DNA of 64,000 nt from Candidatus Buchananbacteria bacterium (GCA_041665005.1 JBAYJR010000008.1:1423-65422); one strand, 5' to 3'. Numbered from the stretch's first letter, positions 19,995 through 28,662 are shown. Notes: a model not told the origin generated them from the sequence alone. Program-made: numbers and translations.

Positions 19995-20993
19995 ATGCCG
20001 AAACTAAAAAACATCTACCTAGCCCTAATTGTTTTAGGCTTGATGTTTTTACCCCTAGCGCCGATGCTTGCCGAAACCACTGTTAAACTACAGGTGCCGC
20101 TATATGGTACTAACGAAATTAGTGGCGAAGCTAGTACCATTTTGCCCACCTACATCGGCTTGTGGTTTAATTTAGTAGTTGGCACCGCTGGAGTGCTGGC
20201 CGCCATTTATATTATGTGGGGCGCTTTTAAGTGGCTAACTGCCGCCGGTAATGCCGCTACCATTAAAGACGCTCAAGAAACTATTTACAGTGCGGTGGCC
20301 GGCTTAATTATCGCCTTATTGGCTTATTCTATTTTATATATTATTAATCCCAACTTAATCAAACTACAATTGCCCGGCTTGTCATCCACAACTTATTCTA
20401 CCGAACCAGCTACTCCCCCAACCACTCAATGCAAGCAAACTCTGCCAACTTCCAACCCCTGTTCCGAGCAATATATTAATTCTGTACTCAATAGCCATCC
20501 TGAAATAAAAAAGTTATGCTCTAACATGGATTCCGGTTATATGTCGCAAATTTGCAGAATAGAAAGTTCTGGTGGCGTACCTACCCTGGTTTCTGGTACT
20601 GATAAATGTAAAGATGGCACCAGTTTTTCTTATGGACTATTTCAAATAAACATTGCGGCTCAAGGTCAAAACATTCAAGCTATAACCAACTCAAGCGCTT
20701 GCACCAATCTAATTATTAATGACAGCACTGGCCAAAATGGCAAACCACTTCAATACTCCAATGGTCGCCAAACCTATGACAGCTATACTGCCTGTAAAGA
20801 CGCCAATCCTGGTAAATTTTGCTACGTTAGTAAATGGGATTGTCGCGCCTCATCTTCCACCTCGGTAGCAGAATGCAAAAAATTACTTTTTGACCCCGAA
20901 ACCAGCATTTTACTTGCTTGCAAAATTTATGGCCGAGAAGGTTATAATGCCTGGCCGGTTAGTAATAAAAAATTACAAGCTTGCACTAATTAA
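19995..20993 (+). CDS. T4SS-pilin-like (VirB2/TrbC-like) membrane protein fused to a C-terminal lysozyme-like (VirB1/SLT-like) Cys-containing domain
   Basis: 332 aa. Signal peptide plus two hydrophobic segments (IYIMWGAFKWLTAAGN...LIIALLAYSILYIINP). C-terminal ...ICRIESSGG...SFSYGLFQIN...GYNAWP resembles the ES...GLMQIN...YNAG transglycosylase motifs. Confidence 0.5.
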   Translation: MPKLKNIYLALIVLGLMFLPLAPMLAETTVKLQVPLYGTNEISGEASTILPTYIGLWFNLVVGTAGVLAAIYIMWGAFKWLTAAGNAATIKDAQETIYSAVAGLIIALLAYSILYIINPNLIKLQLPGLSSTTYSTEPATPPTTQCKQTLPTSNPCSEQYINSVLNSHPEIKKLCSNMDSGYMSQICRIESSGGVPTLVSGTDKCKDGTSFSYGLFQINIAAQGQNIQAITNSSACTNLIINDSTGQNGKPLQYSNGRQTYDSYTACKDANPGKFCYVSKWDCRASSSTSVAECKKLLFDPETSILLACKIYGREGYNAWPVSNKKLQACTN

Positions 20994-21001
20994 TTATCTT
21001 T

Positions 21002-21442
21002 ATGAAAAAAATCAAATTTATTCTTAGTCTAATACTTGTTCTACTGGTGGCCGGGCTACTACTTTGGCGCTTTATGCTGGAACCGAAAATTCCTAAATTA
21101 GTCATTAATACTAACCAAGGGGCAATAGAAATAAATTTGCCAAAGTCAGTTGGCCAAAAAATTAGCACCGAACCACAACGCGAAGATTATTCTCTCAAGC
21201 AAACTGACACTTACGAAATATTTGCTTACGCCTTTGGTGGTGATCAAAGTTTTTTAATTTCTCTGAAACAATATTCAGCTGTCGTCAGAACCGAAGCCGA
21301 AACTAGCTTTTTAAACTCTTTAGGAATTACTAAAAGCGCCGCTTGCAAATTGGCGGTCCTAGAGTCATTTACTGGTCTACCAGAACTAGCGGGCATTAAT
21401 TACGGCTTGAGTTTTTGTCCTGATTCCTTACCGTTAAATTAA
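21002..21442 (+). CDS. Small membrane-anchored hypothetical protein
   Basis: 146 aa with an N-terminal TM helix. It sits between the two pilin-like paralogs. Confidence 0.4.
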   Translation: MKKIKFILSLILVLLVAGLLLWRFMLEPKIPKLVINTNQGAIEINLPKSVGQKISTEPQREDYSLKQTDTYEIFAYAFGGDQSFLISLKQYSAVVRTEAETSFLNSLGITKSAACKLAVLESFTGLPELAGINYGLSFCPDSLPLN

Positions 21443-21455
21443 TTTTAAAATATTT

Positions 21456-22394
21456 ATGTCAAAAAAAATCTTCTTCGGTCTAACCCTACTACTCTTAACT
21501 TTTACTATTGCTACTCCCCTATTGGCCGTGGATAAAAGTGCCGCTTTACAAGTAGACCTTGGCTACGGCACCGTAGTGGCAAATTTAGAAACTTATATCG
21601 GCTGGTGGTATAAGTTAATTATGGGCACAGTGGGCGTGTTGGCCACGATTTATATTATGTGGGGTGGTTTTAAATGGCTAACCGCGGCGGGTAGTTCTTC
21701 ACAAATTTCCGACGCCCAAGAAACCATCAAAGCCGCCATCGCCGGGTTGTTGATCGCTTTATTTTCTTTTTCCATACTTTATATTATTAATCCTAATTTA
21801 CTTAATCTAAATACTGAAGGAATAGGAAGTAATGATACTACAACAAGTACCGCCGACAATACTCCCGGTTGTTGCATTAATGAATATGAATCTTTAAAAC
21901 ATTCCTGTTCATATATCATCAAAAGCAACTGTACCACCAGTGATACAGTTAAATTTTACTCTAATACAACCTGCGATAAAGCAAGCAATTATTGTGCATC
22001 TACAAATTCATCAGTATATTGTAGAAGTGACTTGGCTGGTTATAGTTTAATAAAAAAAGGAGACCAGGCGACAATAAATGCCGTAAACAGAAAAACTAAT
22101 TGCAGTTATCTAGAACGTCCAATGTATTCGTCTTATGACGGAAGTGAGGCAACCACTGCTGAATTTATAGCACTTGGTTACACCAGTTACCCACAAAAAT
22201 GTTTATACGAAAGCTGTACAAACACTATATCCTGCTCTGATAAAACCGACGGGACAGCCTGTGATTATCCTAATCAAGCCGGAACACAAAAATGTTTCCG
22301 AGGAGTCTGCAAAACTTGTGTCAATTCTGGAATTAGCTGCAGTAGCGCTTCTTGTTGTAATAGTTTAACCTGTACAAACAACCTCTGCAAATAA
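21456..22394 (+). CDS. T4SS-pilin-like paralog with a Cys-rich (knottin-like) C-terminal domain
   Basis: 312 aa. The N-terminal 120 aa are paralogous to the ORF at 19995, at both protein and DNA level (IYIMWGGFKWLTAAGS...DAQETI...SILYIINPNL). The C-terminal 190 aa contain more than 30 Cys. Confidence 0.5.
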   Translation: MSKKIFFGLTLLLLTFTIATPLLAVDKSAALQVDLGYGTVVANLETYIGWWYKLIMGTVGVLATIYIMWGGFKWLTAAGSSSQISDAQETIKAAIAGLLIALFSFSILYIINPNLLNLNTEGIGSNDTTTSTADNTPGCCINEYESLKHSCSYIIKSNCTTSDTVKFYSNTTCDKASNYCASTNSSVYCRSDLAGYSLIKKGDQATINAVNRKTNCSYLERPMYSSYDGSEATTAEFIALGYTSYPQKCLYESCTNTISCSDKTDGTACDYPNQAGTQKCFRGVCKTCVNSGISCSSASCCNSLTCTNNLCK

Positions 22395-22407
22395 TAAAAA
22401 AATATTT

Positions 22408-23772
22408 ATGCCCAAACCGCAAACAATTTACAGTTGCGAAAAATGCGACGCCCAATTTCCTAGATGGTTAGGGCGTTGTTCAGAGTGCGGCGCCTGGGGC
22501 ACACTTAAACAGCAATTGACGACTAAACGACCAACTACTTCCACCCAAAATTTGCCCACTGGGCAAATTTTGAATTTAGCCCAAGTTGACCAAACCCAAC
22601 TCGCTCGCCTAACTTCGGGCTTAGCGGAATTTGATAATTTAGTCGGCCCAACCGAACATCCCGGTTTGGTGCCCGGCTCTTTAATCTTACTATCCGGCGA
22701 CCCGGGTATTGGCAAATCTACTTTAGTTTTACAACTAACGGCGCACTTTGCCAGTCGGGGTCAAAATATTTTATATGTTTCAGGTGAAGAATCAGCCCAA
22801 CAAATTAAAACTCGCGCTAAACGGTTAAATTTAAAATTGGAACAACTAAATTTTCTAGGCGAAAGCGACATTGAAACTATTTGTGCTACCCTAAAACAAG
22901 TTAAACCGGTTTTGGCCATTATTGATTCTATCCAAACCATGTTTAGCGCCACCCTGCCTTCCGCGGCCGGCAGTCTTAATCAAGTCCGGGCTGTGGTTAG
23001 TCAATTATTAGAAACCAGCAAACTAAATAACACCGCCATTATTTTAATCGGTCATATTACCAAAGAGGGCCAAATTGCCGGACCCAAAACTTTGGAACAT
23101 TTAGTGGATGTAGTTTTATCTTTTGAAGGTGATCCAAATTTTCATTATCGTTTGCTACGAGTTAACAAAAATCGCTTTGGCCCAACCGGCGAATTGGCTG
23201 TTTGGGAAATGCAGGCCAATGGTTTAAAGCCCGTCGCCAATCCTTCAGAAATTTTTTTAACCAAACGAACCGAACCGTTAAGCGGTTCCATTATTACCGC
23301 CACTCAAGAAGGCGGCCGGGTGTTTATGTTAGAAATTCAAGCTTTGGTTACTAAAACCGCTTTTGGCTATCCGCAACGCAAAGTCGCCGGTTATGATCTA
23401 AATCGTTTGAACATGCTGGTGGCCGTTTTAATCAAACGCGCCGAAATTTGGTTGACTAACCGCGACTTACATTTAAACCTAGCCGGGGGCTTTAAAACCA
23501 AAGAGCCGGCTTTAGACCTAGCGGCCGCCTTGGCCATTGCCTCGGCCTACTACAATCATCCCATAAGCCCAGATTTGGTCGTTTTAGGCGAGGTTGGCTT
23601 GGGAGGTGAAATTAGACCAGTCCCCCATTTAGCCAGTCGCCTAAAGGAAATTAAACGGTTGGGTTTTAAGGCAGTAGTTTTACCCGATAATTCCGAAATC
23701 CCCGCTAATTATTCCTTAGATTTAATTTTAGTTAAAACTCTCAAAGAGGCCATTCAAAAAGTAATTCAATAA
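22408..23772 (+). CDS. radA: DNA repair protein RadA/Sms
   Basis: 454 aa. N-terminal C4 zinc ribbon (CEKCDAQ...CSECGAWG), Walker A GDPGIGKSTL, the KNRFG motif, and a C-terminal Lon-protease-like domain. Confidence 0.92.
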   Translation: MPKPQTIYSCEKCDAQFPRWLGRCSECGAWGTLKQQLTTKRPTTSTQNLPTGQILNLAQVDQTQLARLTSGLAEFDNLVGPTEHPGLVPGSLILLSGDPGIGKSTLVLQLTAHFASRGQNILYVSGEESAQQIKTRAKRLNLKLEQLNFLGESDIETICATLKQVKPVLAIIDSIQTMFSATLPSAAGSLNQVRAVVSQLLETSKLNNTAIILIGHITKEGQIAGPKTLEHLVDVVLSFEGDPNFHYRLLRVNKNRFGPTGELAVWEMQANGLKPVANPSEIFLTKRTEPLSGSIITATQEGGRVFMLEIQALVTKTAFGYPQRKVAGYDLNRLNMLVAVLIKRAEIWLTNRDLHLNLAGGFKTKEPALDLAAALAIASAYYNHPISPDLVVLGEVGLGGEIRPVPHLASRLKEIKRLGFKAVVLPDNSEIPANYSLDLILVKTLKEAIQKVIQ

Positions 23773-23849
23773 AAACAATTTAATATTTTCTTGCCATCTC
23801 AAACCTTGTCTACCAGCTTACTTGCTGATGTGCTTGCCCACTTATTAAA

Positions 23850-23892
23850 ATAAAAGACGCCTTAGATTTTACTCTAAGGCGTTTGTTGTTAT
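23850..23892. terminator. Bidirectional rho-independent terminator (radA on plus, DksA-like gene on minus)
   Basis: Hairpin gacgccttaga-tttta-ctctaaggcgt flanked by an A-run and a T-run. Confidence 0.6.
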
Positions 23893-23905
23893 GCATAATA
23901 ACAAT

Positions 23906-24370
23906 TTAACGACCTGCCGCGCGTTCTACCATTTCCTGATGACGAGCACACAAACGTGCGGTTGGCAAAGACTCCAATCGCTCTAAAGGTATTTCCACCT
24001 TTAACAAAGCCTTGGTGTCTAATTTATTAATGTTCAGGCCGTGCTGTCTGACACAACCGGAACAAATTCCGTAGGTGCGAGAGTTAAATCTCTCTAACGC
24101 ACCGACGATCGCGTTATAGTCTTTAGATGCGATATTCGCGATCATCACACTGTCCTCTTTGATCCTAGAAAGTGCGGCGTGGTCAGTAAAGTCTGCCCGT
24201 TCCTCGCTTTCATGGATGGGAGGCCTGGTTGAGTCTGCTTTACGTATAGCAGCTTGCTCCAGAGCATCTTTTAAATTTAAATATGCCGCTAATCTTTTTT
24301 TAGAGCTAGCTCGAATAATCAGATCCGGCACCAAATTCCTTTTTTCTTTACTACTTGTTGCTACTGCCAT
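23906..24370 (-). CDS. DksA/TraR-family C4-type zinc-finger protein (variant finger)
   Basis: C-terminal CSGC...IPLERLESLPTARLCARH resembles the DksA CxxC...RLEA.P.A.LC..C region. Start assigned to ATG 24370 (MAVATSS), which is preceded by an AGGGGG SD. The gene is visibly GC-richer than its neighbours. Confidence 0.55.
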   Translation of the reverse strand: MAVATSSKEKRNLVPDLIIRASSKKRLAAYLNLKDALEQAAIRKADSTRPPIHESEERADFTDHAALSRIKEDSVMIANIASKDYNAIVGALERFNSRTYGICSGCVRQHGLNINKLDTKALLKVEIPLERLESLPTARLCARHQEMVERAAGR

Positions 24371-24529
24371 TAAAACACCCCCTAACAACCTAATTTAATT
24401 TTAACTGCAAACTGCAAAAATCTGGCTATCTTTCCTCCTTTCTAACTTAGCCAGTCAAGTCAGGTTAAATTTTTAAAAAATCAAAACTGATTATCTTATT
24501 CTAATTAAAAACAAAAAATTTGTCAAGGC

Positions 24530-26605
24530 CTATTCCCAGTGGACAACTGCAGACTGTTTTAATTTAGCTAAAATTTCCGGATAACTATCCAAAGTCGGAT
24601 CTTGCTTAATTAGTTTAGCCGCCTGCTCACGCGCTAATTTAATTAATTCACCATCGGCCAAGGTGGCTAGTTTTAATTGCCAAAAACCCGATTGTTCAAT
24701 TCCGTAAATTTCTCCCGGACCCCGCAAAGCTAAATCTTTTTGTGCTAAGGCAAAACCGTCATTGCTTTCTACTACTGCTTGTAAGCGGGTTAAAGTTTCT
24801 CGGGCCGCCTCTTCGGTAAACAGCAGACAATAAGCCTGTTCCTCACCCCGACCCACCCTGCCTCGTAACTGATGCAGTTGCGCTAAACCAAACCGCTCGG
24901 CTCCTTCAATTACTATGACTGTGGCATTGGGTACATTAATTCCTACCTCAATTACCGAAGTAGCTACTAAAATATCTAACTGGCGATCGGCAAATTCTTG
25001 CATAACTTTGTTTTTTTGCTCAGCCTTCAACCGACCATGTACCAAACCCACTTTAAATTCCGCAAAAACTTCTTTTGTCAGTCGCTGATATTCCGTGGTG
25101 ACTGATTTTACCCCCAAAACATCCGATGGATCAATAATTGGGCAAATAACGTAAACTTGCCGTCCCGCCTGAATTTGTTGTTTGATAAAATCATAAGCCT
25201 GGACCCGTTTCGCTTCCGAAACTATTTTAGTAATAACCTTTTTTCTTTCTTGGGGTAATTGTTTAATTAACGAAATTTCTAAATCGGCATAAATTGCTAA
25301 AGCCAAACTACGCGGAATGGGCGTAGCTGATAACGACAAAAAATGCGGAATTTTGGCCGTTGATTTTTTAGCTTTTAAAATTTGTCGCTGGGCCACCCCA
25401 AAACGATGTTGCTCATCAACTATTGCTAAAGCCAATTGCTTAAACTTAACTTTAGTAGCCAACAAAGCTTGCGTGCCAATAACTAAATCTACCTGGCCTT
25501 TTTTAATCAAAGTTAACAAAGCGGCGCGAGTAATGGCGGGCACTTGATTAAATTTAACTGACTTGCTGGTCAATAAAGCAATCCTGACTGGTAACAATTT
25601 GGTCTGATCTTGATATAATTTACAAAATTCTAAAAAATGCTGATTAGCCAGAATTTCCGTCGGCGCCATAATCGCCGCTTGATAACCCGCGGCAAAACAA
25701 TTTAGCGCCGCCACCGCGGCCACTACGGTTTTGCCCGAACCCACTTCCCCCAACAACAAGCGACTGGTCGCTTGCGCGGTCTCTAAGTCCTGAATAATTT
25801 GCCAGGCCGCTTTTTTTTGATCGTCCGTCAAAGTAAACGGTAAATTATTAATAAAAGTCTGGACTAATTTTAAATTAAACGGCACCACTGCGGCTGAAAT
25901 TTTTTTTAATTGCTCCTTGCTGTATTGACCCTGTAGTTGCCAATAAAATAATTCGTCAAATTTTAATCGGCGGCGCGCGGCTTGCAAGTTAGCCCAGTTA
26001 TCTGGAAAATGAATTTGCGCCAAGGCCCAAGTCCGGGCCGCCAATTTTAATTCTTGTTTTATCGCTAATGGCAAAAAATCCGGCACCATTTTAGCTAATG
26101 GCCAAACTTGCCGTAATAAATAACGCAACTGTTTAACGGTCAAACTCTCAGTCACTGAATAGACCGGCACAATTCTGGCGGTGTGCGTTTGCTCGGTAGC
26201 TAATTTTTCATAAACCGGATTAACTAACTGCAAACTAAATAAATCGCCGGTTAATTTTCCGGACAAATAGACCATTTCTCCAGCTTGCAAATTTTTTGCA
26301 ATCCAGGGCTGGTTAAACCAAATTACTTTTAGCGAACCAGTTTCATCCGTGACCAAGCCTTCAATAATTATTTTATGTTGACGAAAACTCCGCCGAGATT
26401 GAATCAATTCCACTTTTGCTTTAATCGTAACCGTTTGGCCAACCGTTAAATTTTTGACTGTGGTAATTTGTGAAAAATCATCATAGCGAAAAGGAAAATA
26501 AAAAATAAGATCCTGCACGGTGCGGATCCCTAATTTATTTAATTTAGCCGTTAAGGCCTGGCCGATTCGGGGCAATTCGGCCATAGCGGAATCAAGTTTT
26601 AACAT
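24530..26605 (-). CDS. recG: ATP-dependent DNA helicase RecG
   Basis: 691 aa. N-terminal wedge domain (FPFRYDD), helicase motif I GEVGSGKT, and DEQHRFG. Confidence 0.92.
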   Translation of the reverse strand: MLKLDSAMAELPRIGQALTAKLNKLGIRTVQDLIFYFPFRYDDFSQITTVKNLTVGQTVTIKAKVELIQSRRSFRQHKIIIEGLVTDETGSLKVIWFNQPWIAKNLQAGEMVYLSGKLTGDLFSLQLVNPVYEKLATEQTHTARIVPVYSVTESLTVKQLRYLLRQVWPLAKMVPDFLPLAIKQELKLAARTWALAQIHFPDNWANLQAARRRLKFDELFYWQLQGQYSKEQLKKISAAVVPFNLKLVQTFINNLPFTLTDDQKKAAWQIIQDLETAQATSRLLLGEVGSGKTVVAAVAALNCFAAGYQAAIMAPTEILANQHFLEFCKLYQDQTKLLPVRIALLTSKSVKFNQVPAITRAALLTLIKKGQVDLVIGTQALLATKVKFKQLALAIVDEQHRFGVAQRQILKAKKSTAKIPHFLSLSATPIPRSLALAIYADLEISLIKQLPQERKKVITKIVSEAKRVQAYDFIKQQIQAGRQVYVICPIIDPSDVLGVKSVTTEYQRLTKEVFAEFKVGLVHGRLKAEQKNKVMQEFADRQLDILVATSVIEVGINVPNATVIVIEGAERFGLAQLHQLRGRVGRGEEQAYCLLFTEEAARETLTRLQAVVESNDGFALAQKDLALRGPGEIYGIEQSGFWQLKLATLADGELIKLAREQAAKLIKQDPTLDSYPEILAKLKQSAVVHWE

Positions 26606-26649
26606 AAAGCTTTTATCCTTTAATTATAATGACTAAATAGATTTTTTTC

Positions 26650-26680
26650 AAGAAAAAAAACAAACCCCCAAGGGTTTATT
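26650..26680 (-). terminator. Rho-independent terminator downstream of the tRNA
   Basis: Hairpin aaaccc-cc-aagggttt followed by T8 on the minus strand. Confidence 0.5.
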
Positions 26681-26683
26681 TTC

Positions 26684-26758
26684 TGGTGCGCTCGACAGGA
26701 ATCGAACCTGTATTGCAAGCTCCGCAAGCTTGTGTCCTATCCGTTGAACGACGAGCGC
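26684..26758 (-). tRNA. tRNA, probably tRNA-Arg. I read the anticodon loop as UUGCGGA, i.e. anticodon GCG. CCA is encoded.
   Basis: Hand-folded cloverleaf of 75 nt. Acceptor stem GCGCUCG/CGAGCGC, T-arm ACAGG-UUCGAUU-CCUGU, D-loop with GG, G37 and A73. The isotype call is uncertain. Confidence 0.75.
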
Positions 26759-26819
26759 CAATTGCTACTTAGGGCTCTATTATAGCCTAACTAAGCCCCA
26801 ATTGTCAATTGAGCTCTGT

Positions 26820-27332
26820 TTATAATTTCCACTTACGGGCTAAATAATCAGATAAAGGCTCATCCTGACGGCTTAAATTTTCTGGCAACTGTCGCAATAA
26901 TACCGCCCGCACTTCCACCGGATCATTATCCTGCAAGGGAATGGCCAAACGTGGGCGCAGGTAACTATCAAATTCAAAATGCAAATCTTTAACGGCTGGC
27001 GGTTCGTAAATAATAAAAAAATCTTTAATTTCTTTATACTCAAAAAACTTGTCAGCTAATTTAATTCCGTCTTCGTTAATTTCAAAATTTACAGTCAAGG
27101 GATCACGATTTTCATGTAAAGCAACAATCAAAGCAATTATAATTAGGCCCAAAGCAAACAAAAAATTAGCGGTCCAGACTGACCAGATAATTAATGCTAA
27201 GCTAATTAAACCAGCGGTTAAATACCAACCGCGGCCGCGATCGTATTGCACAAATTCCGGAAATTGCCAGCTAAAAAATACTTCACCGTGATCAGTGGCT
27301 TTTATTTTTTCTTCAACCATTGGCGTAGACAT
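26820..27332 (-). CDS. Hypothetical membrane protein (two TM helices)
   Basis: 170 aa with TM segments at about aa 35-75. No recognisable domain. Confidence 0.45.
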   Translation of the reverse strand: MSTPMVEEKIKATDHGEVFFSWQFPEFVQYDRGRGWYLTAGLISLALIIWSVWTANFLFALGLIIIALIVALHENRDPLTVNFEINEDGIKLADKFFEYKEIKDFFIIYEPPAVKDLHFEFDSYLRPRLAIPLQDNDPVEVRAVLLRQLPENLSRQDEPLSDYLARKWKL

Positions 27333-27442
27333 ATATTTAAGTTAAAGGTTATAAAATAACCATCTTTATTAGGTTAATTTTACTACTAGACATTATATCA
27401 CTTTTTTAAAGTTCTAAACAGAGCCCAAACTAAGGCCGACCA

Positions 27443-27482
27443 ACCAAAAACCGCCAGTATTTATTTTAGTTTACTGCGGTTT
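27443..27482 (-). terminator. Rho-independent terminator downstream of the LysE-like gene
   Basis: Imperfect hairpin aaccgc(c)agta...tactgcggtt with T5 on the minus strand. Confidence 0.4.
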
Positions 27483-27489
27483 ATCTAAG

Positions 27490-28107
27490 TTATTTTACAA
27501 AAAACCAAAAACTGGTAGCAATTGCCTTAACAGCAAAAAATATCAAAATTAAAGCAAAAATTTTAAAAACTATGGCTACTAAATCCCTTCTTAACAACCA
27601 CGGGCGTAATCTGGAAAAAATAAACGCTAATGATGCCGTGGCGACTAACCAACCAAATTCAAAAGTGGCTAAAAAAATAAATTGTCCACCCATTATATCG
27701 GCTCGCAAAGCAAAAGCCTTGGGAACACAAACTGTAATCCAAAATATCCAAAAAGCCCCACTTAAAATCGTTAAAATAAAAATTTTAAAAAAGGTAAATA
27801 TTTCTCGGTTCTCCCCCTCTACTCTATCTATTTTCCAAAGCTTGGTTGCCAACCAAATCAAAAAAATCGCTCCGGCAATTGAAACTATTTGAAAGTAAGC
27901 CGACGGAATATTTAAAGCAAAAACTAACAGTAAGATTAAAATAGCTACACTGGATTCAGCCAACAAGGCTCTAAAAATAACTCTAAAACTTTTTTTAAAT
28001 CCCCCCTTAAGCACTTCCGTAAAGACAGCAGTCAACATCGGTCCAGGCACCGCCCCGCCAATTAAACCCAAGAGAAATATTTCTACTATCTGACTAAATA
28101 TTTTCAT
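27490..28107 (-). CDS. LysE/RhtB-family amino-acid exporter
   Basis: 205 aa with six TM helices and an N-terminal LGLIGGAVPGPML motif typical of the LysE translocator family. Confidence 0.6.
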   Translation of the reverse strand: MKIFSQIVEIFLLGLIGGAVPGPMLTAVFTEVLKGGFKKSFRVIFRALLAESSVAILILLLVFALNIPSAYFQIVSIAGAIFLIWLATKLWKIDRVEGENREIFTFFKIFILTILSGAFWIFWITVCVPKAFALRADIMGGQFIFLATFEFGWLVATASLAFIFSRLRPWLLRRDLVAIVFKIFALILIFFAVKAIATSFWFFVK

Positions 28108-28129
28108 AGTTTAACCTCAACTAACAAGG

Positions 28130-28218
28130 CGGAGAGTACAGGATTCGAACCTGTGCGGCGTTTTTGAGACGCCCGCGGTTTAGCAAACCGCTGCCTTAAG
28201 CCGCTCGGCCAACTCTCC
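28130..28218 (-). tRNA. tRNA-Ser (anticodon GCU), type II with a long variable arm
   Basis: Hand-folded. Acceptor GGAGAGU, 3-bp D-stem GCC/GGC, anticodon stem GCGGU/ACCGC, loop UUGCUAA, a long variable arm, T-arm ACAGG-UUCGAAU-CCUGU and G73. Confidence 0.85.
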
Positions 28219-28226
28219 ATAAAATA

Positions 28227-28469
28227 TTAATTACCCAGTAACCACTTTAGACGCTCCCTGCCCTTGCCGCTTTTTAAAAACTTTTCCTCTTTTTGAGCGA
28301 AGTTTTTAGAAATAAAAGCTGCATAATAAACAAGCTGCCATGGTCCATTTTGCTTAGTGAACACGGAATTACCAGTCTTATGCTCAGAAATTCTTCTTTT
28401 TAAATCATTAGTAAAACCCTTATATAATTTACCGTTCTTTAAACTCTTTAATATATATACGTAATACAT
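28227..28469 (-). CDS. Small stand-alone GIY-YIG nuclease domain protein (copy 1)
   Basis: 80 aa. MYYVYILKS...GKLYKGFTNDLKRRISEH...GKGRERLKWLL shows the GIY...YIG motifs and the conserved Arg and Glu. Confidence 0.75.
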   Translation of the reverse strand: MYYVYILKSLKNGKLYKGFTNDLKRRISEHKTGNSVFTKQNGPWQLVYYAAFISKNFAQKEEKFLKSGKGRERLKWLLGN

Positions 28470-28483
28470 ATTAATTCACTCCC

Positions 28484-28535
28484 AGCCCGAGGCTGGTCGG
28501 CCTTGGGCCGAGGCCAACTCTCCCTAAAATTTTCA
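28484..28535. repeat. GC-rich hairpin element (copy 1) fused to a duplicated 5' end of tRNA-Ser(GCU)
   Basis: cccagcccgaggctggtcggccttgggc forms a 9-bp stem. It is followed by ggccaactctcc(c)taaaat, which duplicates the 5' end and upstream flank of the tRNA at 28203-28226. Confidence 0.55.
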
Positions 28536-28575
28536 CTATCTTATTCCTCTCTCTTCCGCTCATTACTACCCACTG

Positions 28576-28662
28576 CGGAGAGAGTGGGATTCGAACCCAC
28601 GGAACCAATTAAGGTTCGGCAGTTTAGTAAACTGCTGATTTAAACCGCTCATCCATCTCTCC
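28576..28662 (-). tRNA. Type II Ser-like tRNA whose anticodon loop I read as UUACUAA, i.e. anticodon ACU (unusual A34)
   Basis: Hand-folded, 87 nt. Acceptor GGAGAGA/UCUCUCC, G73, 3-bp D-stem GAU/AUC, anticodon stem GCAGU/ACUGC, a 5-bp-stem variable arm and T-arm GUGGG-UUCGAAU-CCCAC. Confidence 0.7.

Noticed and set aside
19995-22394. Diversity-generating retroelement (template/variable repeat) explaining the two similar pilin-like genes
   Set aside because: No reverse transcriptase gene lies nearby. The differences between the paralogous DNA segments are not adenine-specific and extend over the whole domain, so these are ordinary paralogs.
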